Source: a virus (lineage: Duplodnaviria > Heunggongvirae > Uroviricota > Caudoviricetes). Taken from it: a stretch of DNA of 64,000 nucleotides. The stretch lies in IMG/VR virus record IMGVR_UViG_3300032167_000073. The stretch is one strand, 5' to 3'. Below are positions 19,897 to 27,006 of the stretch, piece after piece. The translations under genes and the position numbers were made by a program. The number at the start of each line of letters is the position of its first letter. Position 1 is the stretch's first letter. The notes below the pieces were generated by a model that ran no database searches, was not told the origin of the DNA, and saw only the letters and a list, made by a program, of their open reading frames with translations.

Positions 19897-21339
19897 ATGA
19901 AAAAGAACGAATTTGAAAATCAGAGTATTATTGTAAAGAAATTGACACTTTATCCGAAGGATGAAGTGGACAGGACATTTAAATATATCGATGATGCAAT
20001 GTGGTCGCAGAATCGCGCATATAATTACGCTGCATCTGTCGTCTATTCGGCTATTCAAAGTCGAAAAACAAAAGAAGAAATTAAGAGAATTTATGACCGT
20101 ATACAAAGAACTCCAAAGGAAGATGATCCTGAGTATAGTATCTTCCCGTATGATGAATTTAAATTTCCGGTTGGATTGGTTGTTCCAAGTACGGTTTGCC
20201 AAAGGCTTAAAAAGGATATGGCCGCAGCCATCAAAGCAGGTCTTCTAAAAGGCGAGCGTTCTTTGCAGAATCGCAAGCGCAATGCGCCGCTCTTGGTGGA
20301 AAGTCGATTCATGCAGTTTTCCCATAACTTTTCTTCTCATGAGGAGTTTAAGCAAAATCTTTTCACCAGCAAGTGCAAGATCGAAATGAAGTTTGTCAAT
20401 GGCATCGTATTTAATTGCGATATCGGTACGCCGGGAGCGAATTCCAGCGATCTGCGCATGACGTTTGAGCGTATTTTCGATGGAACTTATAAGGTGGTGC
20501 AGTCCTCTATCGGGTTCAGGGAAACCAAGCAGGCGCGTGATCCATCCGGCAAGGATAAGGATGCAAAGAAGAAGCGAGAAATCGTGCTCAATCTCACCTT
20601 GAAGATTCCAAAGCGCTCCTATGAGCTGGATGAGGAAACTGTTGTCGGCGTGGATCTTGGCGAGGCTGTACCCGCTGCTGTTGCGCTGAATAATAGCATA
20701 TACATGGGTAAAAAGAATCTGATTGGTGAAGACGATGACTTCCTCGATAAGCGCAAAGAGATTAAGGATAGGCACAAGCGTCTGCAAAAGCGCATGACGC
20801 TTGCCAAGGGCGGTCATGGCCGAAAGCGCAAGCTGGAGGGTTTGGATAGGCTGAAGGAGTACGAAAAACACTTTGCTGAAACGTATAATCACCATGTCAG
20901 CCGCGAGGTTATCCGCTTTGCGCTTGCCAATCGCGCCAAGTATATCCATATGGAGGATTTGTCAAGCTTCTCTGATGAGGATAAGAAGCGCCATATCCTG
21001 AAGGGCTGGTCGATCTACCAGTTGCAGCAGTTCATTTCCTATAAAGCGGAACAGGTCGGCATCACTGTCAGGTATGTCAATCCGGCCTATACTTCTCAAA
21101 ATTGCTCCTTCTGTGGTAGCGATAAACCCGGCCAGCGTATTTCTCAGGCGGAATTTGTTTGCAAGAATCCTCTGTGTCCGTCTCATGATTTTAAGCATGG
21201 CGTGAATGCAGACTTTAATGCCGCAAGAAATATTGCTCTGTCCGATAAGTTTATTGATCAAGAAGAGAAAAAGGCGAAGAAGCGCAAGAAGGGCAAGTCT
21301 CCTGAAAAGGTGGAAGAGGCAAATGATATGCCTTTCTAA
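19897..21339 (+). CDS. compact TnpB/Cas12-like RNA-guided nuclease (480 aa) adjacent to CRISPR array
   Basis: RuvC-I VVGVDLGEAVPAAVAL, RuvC-II IHMEDLSSF, zinc finger CSFCGS...CKNPLCPSHD, RuvC-III HGVNADFNAARNIA; lysine-rich C-terminus. Confidence 0.75.
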   Translation: MKKNEFENQSIIVKKLTLYPKDEVDRTFKYIDDAMWSQNRAYNYAASVVYSAIQSRKTKEEIKRIYDRIQRTPKEDDPEYSIFPYDEFKFPVGLVVPSTVCQRLKKDMAAAIKAGLLKGERSLQNRKRNAPLLVESRFMQFSHNFSSHEEFKQNLFTSKCKIEMKFVNGIVFNCDIGTPGANSSDLRMTFERIFDGTYKVVQSSIGFRETKQARDPSGKDKDAKKKREIVLNLTLKIPKRSYELDEETVVGVDLGEAVPAAVALNNSIYMGKKNLIGEDDDFLDKRKEIKDRHKRLQKRMTLAKGGHGRKRKLEGLDRLKEYEKHFAETYNHHVSREVIRFALANRAKYIHMEDLSSFSDEDKKRHILKGWSIYQLQQFISYKAEQVGITVRYVNPAYTSQNCSFCGSDKPGQRISQAEFVCKNPLCPSHDFKHGVNADFNAARNIALSDKFIDQEEKKAKKRKKGKSPEKVEEANDMPF

Positions 21340-21344
21340 ATATT

Positions 21345-21396
21345 TTAAAAATAAAGCAGAAAAAGTATTGACAAGAATGGCAAAATGCTATATACT
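21345..21396 (+). promoter_or_regulatory. conserved phage promoter module, class 1
   Basis: AAATAAAGCAGAAAAAGTATTGACA (21368-21373), N17, TATACT (21391-21396). Confidence 0.7.
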
Positions 21397-21442
21397 GTTC
21401 TTACAACAACAAAGCACCCACAACACAAGAAAGGATAAAGAG

Positions 21443-22063
21443 ATGAACGAAATCAATGTGATCAACAACGTCCCCGGCATCAGCGTAACCGTCAATAAGA
21501 ACGAGGACGGCAGCTTCGCCATCATGCTTGTCGAAAAGCAGAAGGGCAAGCAGCTTGGCTCCTTTGCGCGTGGCAGCGTCGTGAAGATTGGCAACCGCGA
21601 GTATATCATTCTCGATCATTCTCTTGAGACGACTGCCGTGATCGCCAAGGACTTCGTGAAGCAGATGGAATTCGGTTCTGACGGTAATTGGATTACCAGC
21701 AAGGTTCGCGCATATCTAGACACCACCTTCTATGATGAGCTTTGCAAGGCCGTTGGCAAGGAAAACATCATCACGCATACCGTGAAGCTGGAGGCGGACG
21801 ATGGTACGGGTAAGAGTGTAAAGTCTCAGGACAAGGTATCTCTGCTGACTACGGAGCAGTATCGCCGCTATCGTGAGTATCTTCCGGCCTATGGCAAGTG
21901 GTGGTGGCTGGCTACCCGTGTGAGCTATGATGTGAAGGATTATGCCCGCAGCGTCTGCTGCGTGGGCTCCTTCGGTGTTCTGGGCTGGGACGGCTGCGAC
22001 GGTGTGAGTGGCGGCGTGCGCCCGTTTTGCATCCTGAATTCTTCCGTCTTGGTATCTGAGTAA
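21443..22063 (+). CDS. DGR target protein (206 aa) with C-terminal variable region
   Basis: C-terminus ...WWWLATRVSYDV...CCVGSFGVLGWDGCDGVSGGVRPFCIL encoded by VR; start after AAAGGATAAAGAG RBS (ORF-track start 21206 reads through promoter). Confidence 0.65.
   Translation: MNEINVINNVPGISVTVNKNEDGSFAIMLVEKQKGKQLGSFARGSVVKIGNREYIILDHSLETTAVIAKDFVKQMEFGSDGNWITSKVRAYLDTTFYDELCKAVGKENIITHTVKLEADDGTGKSVKSQDKVSLLTTEQYRRYREYLPAYGKWWWLATRVSYDVKDYARSVCCVGSFGVLGWDGCDGVSGGVRPFCILNSSVLVSE
21946..22031 (+). repeat. DGR variable repeat (VR)
   Basis: aligns with TR at 22462-22549; ~15 mismatches at TR adenines, 1 elsewhere; identical GC-rich 3' end GGCGGCGTGCGCCCGTT (IMH-like). Confidence 0.75.
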
Positions 22064-22067
22064 AATC

Positions 22068-22433
22068 ATGGATGACGAACTCCGGTTTCATCTTGGAGAT
22101 AAGGCAGAAAAACTATACTTCTCTGTATTTGATGAAACCAACAACAGGAATCATTTCCCTGTAAAATTCAGGCGCTTGGCCGACCGTATGCAGGAATACG
22201 CACTTGATATTCATAGCGATCTTTTAGATGCAAATGCGTATCGAACCGATATTTCGTATCAGAAGGTCAAGCGTAACGAATTGCTCACCAGCGCAATAAC
22301 CAAGTGCAATAAGTTGATGAGCCTTGTAAAATACTGCGTCTATGCGCAACGGATTAGCTTTGCCCGCAGCGAAGAGTGGACAAAGCTGGTCAATGAAATC
22401 AAGTATATGTCCCTGTCTCTTCGCAGCAAATGA
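22068..22433 (+). CDS. avd: DGR accessory variability determinant (Avd-like, 121 aa)
   Basis: size, position between target and TR, helical bundle-like sequence with Avd/23S-IVS family pattern. Confidence 0.6.
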   Translation: MDDELRFHLGDKAEKLYFSVFDETNNRNHFPVKFRRLADRMQEYALDIHSDLLDANAYRTDISYQKVKRNELLTSAITKCNKLMSLVKYCVYAQRISFARSEEWTKLVNEIKYMSLSLRSK

Positions 22434-22461
22434 GAATTATTCCTTGGGCTATGCGCTGATG

Positions 22462-22549
22462 CGCCCGCAACGTCTGCAACGTGAACTCCAACGGTGTTCT
22501 GAACTGGAACTACTGCGACAATGAGAATGGCGGCGTGCGCCCGTTCTGG
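22462..22549 (+). repeat. DGR template repeat (TR)
   Basis: non-coding copy of VR located between avd and RT. Confidence 0.75.
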
Positions 22550-22653
22550 TGGATAAGCGAGGTCTGTAAATTGCTTGTGCAATTACGAGGAGTGCTCCAC
22601 ATCAAAAGAGCGCATAACCCTTCTCACGGCAACGTGGGATAAATACAAATGTT

Positions 22654-23748
22654 TTGATGACTGACTTTGAAAAGCTGACGGATTTTGAAAACCTGTATCG
22701 CGCCTATCGCTCGTCCATGAAGGGTAAGGGTAAGCGGAATAGCGCGGTAAAGTTCAGTGTCATGGCGCTGGAATACCTCTATGTCATGAAGCGCCAATTG
22801 ATTGCTCATACATATAAGGTCTCGCCTTATCAGGAGTTTATCATCTCTGAGCCGAAACGCAGAGTTGTCAAGTCCGGCGCTTTCAAAGATAAGGTTTTGC
22901 AGCATTGTCTTTGCGATCAAGTCCTGCTGCCTAAGATGAAGAATGTCTTCATCCTAGACAATTATGCGGGGCAGATTGGCAAAGGCACGCTGTTCGGCCT
23001 AGATCGGTTGTCGCAGAACATGCTTTCCTTTTATGGTGAGCATGGAACCAAAGGATATATTCTCAAATGTGATATCACGAAGTTCTTTTATAGCATCAAC
23101 CATGATGTGATGAAGCGCTGCGTCCGGCAGTATTTCGACGATCCGGGCATCCAGTGGATATGTGATTTGTTCATAGACAGCGTGGAGGGCGACGGCTTGC
23201 CGCTTGGCAATCAATCCAGTCAGGTCTTTGCGCTTATGTATCTGGATGGGATGGATCATTTCATCACCGAAGGGCTTGGCTGTAAATACTATGGAAGGTA
23301 TATGGATGATTTCTACCTGATATCGGATGATAGGGAGTATCTGAAAGAGTGCCTGAAAAGGATAAAGGTATATCTGGACGGTTTAAAGCTTTCTCTCAAT
23401 AATAAGACAGAAATCGTTCCAATGTCCAAAGGTATTCGCTTTCTTGGTTTCCATACGTATGTGACAACCGATGGCAAGGTGATCAGAAAACTCACAGGGG
23501 AAAATAAGCGTCAGATCAAAAAGCGCCTGAAAAAGTATGCCAAACTTGTCATCGATGGCCGGATGACCATGGAGAAGTTTGAAGAAACCTATCAGAGCTG
23601 GAAAAACCATGCTTCGCATGGAAACTGCTATCGTCTTCTGTGCAGCATGGATGAGTATGTGTCATCACTGTTTTCAGAAGTAAAAAAAGAATTTAAAAAT
23701 AAAGCGGAAAAAGTATTGACAGATCATTCTAAAGGTGGTAAAATATAG
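22654..23748 (+). CDS. DGR reverse transcriptase (364 aa)
   Basis: RT motifs incl. LGNQSSQVFALMYLDGMDH (DGR-specific SQ motif) and YGRYMDDFYLISDD (YxDD catalytic box). Confidence 0.85.
   Translation: MMTDFEKLTDFENLYRAYRSSMKGKGKRNSAVKFSVMALEYLYVMKRQLIAHTYKVSPYQEFIISEPKRRVVKSGAFKDKVLQHCLCDQVLLPKMKNVFILDNYAGQIGKGTLFGLDRLSQNMLSFYGEHGTKGYILKCDITKFFYSINHDVMKRCVRQYFDDPGIQWICDLFIDSVEGDGLPLGNQSSQVFALMYLDGMDHFITEGLGCKYYGRYMDDFYLISDDREYLKECLKRIKVYLDGLKLSLNNKTEIVPMSKGIRFLGFHTYVTTDGKVIRKLTGENKRQIKKRLKKYAKLVIDGRMTMEKFEETYQSWKNHASHGNCYRLLCSMDEYVSSLFSEVKKEFKNKAEKVLTDHSKGGKI
23696..23744 (+). promoter_or_regulatory. conserved phage promoter module, class 1 (embedded in 3' end of RT gene)
   Basis: AAAGCGGAAAAAGTATTGACA (23716-23721), N17, TAAAAT. 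Confidence 0.6.
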
Positions 23749-23794
23749 GAAAGTTGAGCGCAGCGTAGTTTGGGCTGGCGCTTCATAAAAACCT

Positions 23795-23835
23795 ATAAAA
23801 CCAAAGCAGATAAAGTATTGAGTAGTGAGTATAGA
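23795..23835 (+). promoter_or_regulatory. conserved promoter module, class 2 variant
   Basis: AAAACCAAAGCAGATAAAGTATTGAG. Confidence 0.45.
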
Positions 23836-24137
23836 GCCACAGACGTTGAGCCGCGATTGTACAAGCCGGAGCATTGTAGCCCGTACAGCACATGCTCAGG
23901 TGCGGCAGGATGCCGGGGTTGGCGTATGCAAGGTGTAGCGCGGCGTTAAGCAGGAAGTGGTGGTGCAAATCCCCCTACCTCTTAGGCACCTTAAAATCAA
24001 CGGACGTGAAAAAGCGATGAACAAACATAGAAATTAGCAATTAAGCAACTGCGGGTGCGAGAGTGCGCATATCGCATCGGCCATCGCTCGGACGGGTGAA
24101 AGTCCCGCCCCTCAATATCATCTGTACGGAGGAAATC

Positions 24138-24347
24138 ATGACAAGCAATCAGATCATCCGCATTATGGAACATCTTGGGTATAGGCATGAGACCCATCCT
24201 AGATATAAGGTTTTTCATGGAGAATTTGATATCAAGGCATTTACTTCGTGGTCAGATTGCGAAGCATGGATGAAAAATCACCGCGATTATAAGAATGCCA
24301 GATATCGCGCTATGAGAGCGGCTAAAGAAATGAGAAAGAAAAAGTAA
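24138..24347 (+). CDS. hypothetical small basic protein
   Basis: ORF ending just before tRNA-Gln. Confidence 0.4.
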   Translation: MTSNQIIRIMEHLGYRHETHPRYKVFHGEFDIKAFTSWSDCEAWMKNHRDYKNARYRAMRAAKEMRKKK

Positions 24348-24354
24348 TTTACAC

Positions 24355-24429
24355 TGAGGGTTCGCCAAGCGGTAAGGCACGGGACTTTGACTCCCGTATC
24401 GTTAGGTTCGATTCCTACACCCTCAGCCA
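24355..24429 (+). tRNA. tRNA-Gln(TTG)
   Basis: cloverleaf: acceptor tgagggt/accctca, anticodon loop cTTTGac, T-loop ttcgatt, encoded CCA. Confidence 0.75.
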
Positions 24430-24721
24430 TTTGAAGCAAAGGACAATCGGGGAATGGCGTGATGTGGAGCACTCATGCATGCAGGTGTTCAGTCGATAAA
24501 GCATCTATCCGAATCTTGATATACGTTTGCTTCGATTTTCTGGCGATGGAGTATGCTGGTTCGATTCCAGCCTGACGGACTCAGGAGCTGCGGCAAGGAT
24601 GCAGCAACATCGCCGTTTTTTATACTGCGTTGGACAAAAGGTTAAGTCGCCGCTTATTTCTAGGCGGAGCTGCGGGTTCGATCCCCGTGCGCGGTTCAAT
24701 GTCAAATGAAACGAGGAACGT

Positions 24722-25102
24722 ATGAGGCATTTAGAAGCAGAGGATGTTGTCTGGTTTGTCAATCACAAGTGTGGCGAAATCGCCTACATGATCGACGAGG
24801 GAGATATCATCAGGATCTTCACCAAGGACAGCAAATGGATGATCTATAAGGATATCAATAGATGTTCGCAGGAGTACACGCTGTATCATAGCAGCTCGTC
24901 GAGCAATCACAAGCACTATCATGTGCAGATGACATCATTGCGTATGGATTATCTGATCTGGCGTGCATGCATCCATGATTACCCGGAAGCGCAGAAGAAG
25001 TTCGCTTCTTGGCCTCAGTTCCTTGCTTCGTTTGAGCTTTATCTTCTAGGCCGCGAGATCGCGGAGCGTGCATCGCTTTGGGATTTCGTTGTGGCGGATT
25101 GA
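24722..25102 (+). CDS. hypothetical protein (126 aa)
   Basis: ORF between tRNA genes. Confidence 0.45.
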   Translation: MRHLEAEDVVWFVNHKCGEIAYMIDEGDIIRIFTKDSKWMIYKDINRCSQEYTLYHSSSSSNHKHYHVQMTSLRMDYLIWRACIHDYPEAQKKFASWPQFLASFELYLLGREIAERASLWDFVVAD

Positions 25103-25106
25103 GCTT

Positions 25107-25183
25107 GCGCCATTAGCTCAGTCGGTACGAGCACGTGACTTTTAATCACGGAGTCCGGGGTTCGATCCCCCGATGGCGCACCA
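25107..25183 (+). tRNA. tRNA-Lys(TTT)
   Basis: acceptor gcgccat/atggcgc, anticodon loop cTTTTaa, T-arm cgggg-ttcgatc-ccccg, CCA. Confidence 0.8.
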
Positions 25184-25317
25184 AAGGCAGGTTACTGGTA
25201 AGATAGCCCTGTTCTCAACAAAAAGCCATCTTACAGGACGACAACCTTGCAGCGGCATCCACGATGGTGAGTAGTGGGTATTTGAAAGCTGAAACGATAT
25301 GCCGCAAAATAGTCTCT

Positions 25318-25392
25318 GCATCGATTAGCATAATGGCAGTGCCGATCCCTCCAAAGGATACGATTCTGGTTCGACTCCAGAGTGGATGCAGA
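25318..25392 (+). tRNA. tRNA-like element, possible tRNA-Trp(CCA), non-canonical
   Basis: T-loop ttcgact, anticodon-like loop ctCCAaa, imperfect acceptor/D arms; no encoded CCA. Confidence 0.3.
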
Positions 25393-25399
25393 TTTTCAT

Positions 25400-25476
25400 G
25401 GGGCTGTAGCTCAGATGGCTAGAGCGCCTGCCTTGCAAGCAGGAGGTCGAGGGTTCGATTCCCTTCAGCTCCACCA
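25400..25476 (+). tRNA. tRNA-Ala(TGC)
   Basis: acceptor ggggctg/cagctcc with G3:U70 Ala identity pair, anticodon loop cTTGCaa, CCA. Confidence 0.85.
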
Positions 25477-25587
25477 TCTATGCATTTATGCGTATAATAT
25501 ACGATCCATAATGCGCAAATATAGGCATGTATGGATAATATATGCGCTATTTATACACAATAAAACGAGCATTTTATGGGGTGATCA

Positions 25588-25828
25588 AGTGTCGAAAATC
25601 AAATCTTTTCTTCAAAGCATTCCGCCGGATATCCTTGGCAGTGCGATTGCCTTAATCATTCTGTTCTTTCTGACGTTTGGCATCAACATGGTCAACGAAG
25701 GAAAGTGGAACGAGGGTGTTTGCCCGGATTGCTATACAGGCTATATGCTGCGTGGCGTGAGGAAGGGTTACAGCCATTACGTTTGCAGCGAGTGTGGCGA
25801 TGAGATTATCCGCTACATGGAGTGGTGA
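25588..25828 (+). CDS. small membrane/zinc-ribbon protein
   Basis: TM segment then CPDCY...CSECGD; GTG start chosen because ORF-track ATG (25382) lies inside tRNA-Ala. Confidence 0.4.
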
Positions 25829-25830
25829 TC

Positions 25831-26106
25831 ATGGCGCACAGATGGAACAGTGAAAACTTGAAGCGCCAGTACGAATGGGTAAAAGAGACGGCCATCAAGC
25901 AGGGGTTTAATGCGGAGGATCTTGATCCGCCTTATCTGGATAAGCTCAGTCACAAAACCAAGTCAAAGCGTATTTTCAGCTTCATCAAGCTTGCTTACTT
26001 CCTTGGCTGGCTCCGTGGCATTGCCTATGTGGATGGTGGGCTTACGCCTGTGACGCTGGATAAATGGGAGAAATGTGTATGGGAGAAAAGAAGTTCAGCA
26101 AATTGA
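25831..26106 (+). CDS. hypothetical protein
   Basis: ORF on + strand. Confidence 0.4.
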   Translation: MAHRWNSENLKRQYEWVKETAIKQGFNAEDLDPPYLDKLSHKTKSKRIFSFIKLAYFLGWLRGIAYVDGGLTPVTLDKWEKCVWEKRSSAN

Positions 26107-26354
26107 TCGTGAAGATTCACACCAAAGTATTTGATGCGGATTCGATCATGAAGACGGCACAGCCAGTCATTGATTTTGCCAATCAGCATGATATCGCTCT
26201 AAGGCTTGAGCGGGATGCAGCAGGTCAAGTCCTTGCCACCAGTATGGCGGAAGGATATACGAGCGCTTATTGCAAGGGTGCCGTTCAGGAGATCAAGGAA
26301 ATGCTCAAGCGTGCGTTTTCTTGCAAGGTCGAGGTACTTTTGTACGCATATTGA
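26079..26354 (+). CDS. hypothetical protein
   Basis: ORF on + strand. Confidence 0.4.
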   Translation: MGEKKFSKLIVKIHTKVFDADSIMKTAQPVIDFANQHDIALRLERDAAGQVLATSMAEGYTSAYCKGAVQEIKEMLKRAFSCKVEVLLYAY

Positions 26355-26375
26355 TGAAAAAAGGAGAAAAAGAAA

Positions 26376-26663
26376 ATGGGTATGATGAATAAGAAGAAGA
26401 CAACCGAGCAAGTCATTTCTGCGGCCACTACCAAGATTTCAGATGACGTCGCTCATCTGAACCTGATGCGCGAGAATGCCGTCAGGACGTTTAGACAGAC
26501 TGCGCAGAGCTTGCAGGCCAATAACGAGGAGCTTCAGGCTTCCGTTGAGCGCTTTACCATTCTGGAAAACTTCGCAAAGGGTAAGCGAGAAGAGTGTGTC
26601 CGCGCAATCGAGGACAATAACAAGGTTCGTGAAAAGATTCTGGAGATTATCGGCGAGGAGTAA
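26376..26663 (+). CDS. hypothetical coiled-coil protein (95 aa)
   Basis: AAAGGAG RBS; heptad-like charged sequence. Confidence 0.5.
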   Translation: MGMMNKKKTTEQVISAATTKISDDVAHLNLMRENAVRTFRQTAQSLQANNEELQASVERFTILENFAKGKREECVRAIEDNNKVREKILEIIGEE

Positions 26664-26700
26664 AATCCTGCCTATACAAATAGGAAGGAACAGGTGAAGT

Positions 26701-27006
26701 ATGGAAAACACCGTTAAGGGAACTCGACTGAAAACGGAGCTGTGCGCCCATCTTCTGTCTGTGCGCAGCGTTGCAAACGATGAGCAAAAGCATGCTCTTG
26801 ATGTTGCAGTTCGCGTAATCGACGAGATTGATAAGTACGCTTCTAAGCACGATCTTGCGTTGAGCTGCGGCGGAGAGTGGATGTATCAAAGCGACATGGG
26901 TCAGGTTGATGCGCTTGCGCTGGTATCCAAGATTCTTGATCGCCTGTCTGAGTACGCCGAAGATGATGAAGACGATGAAGAGTGGAGTGAAGACGATGAT
27001 GAGTAA
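26701..27006 (+). CDS. small protein with poly-acidic C-terminus (DNA-mimic candidate)
   Basis: C-terminus EYAEDDEDDEEWSEDDDE. Confidence 0.5.
   Translation: MENTVKGTRLKTELCAHLLSVRSVANDEQKHALDVAVRVIDEIDKYASKHDLALSCGGEWMYQSDMGQVDALALVSKILDRLSEYAEDDEDDEEWSEDDDE

Noticed and set aside
19897-21339. Interpretation of the RuvC/zinc-finger protein as an IS200/IS605 TnpB transposon passenger
   Set aside because: No TnpA and no recognisable IS ends or RE/LE hairpins. Instead there is a regular repeat-spacer array with unique spacers immediately upstream on the same strand, so a CRISPR-associated role is favoured (still worth phylogenetic confirmation).
21206-21442. N-terminal extension of the DGR target ORF (ORF-track start 21206) and the 2252 start of the methyltransferase
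   Set aside because: The 21206 extension reads through the preceding gene's end and the promoter module, and the 2252 start overlaps the upstream gene by ~170 bp. Internal ATGs with good RBSs (21443 and 2439) sit right after the promoter or upstream stop.
24480-24720. Two further tRNA genes suggested by GGTTCGATTCC / GGTTCGATCCC T-loop motifs
   Set aside because: No complementary acceptor-stem partners or anticodon arms could be found. They are treated as tRNA-derived fragments, not genes.
25382-25587. 5' part of ORF 25382-25828
   Set aside because: Overlaps tRNA-Ala (25400-25476); the coding part must start downstream (GTG 25588).
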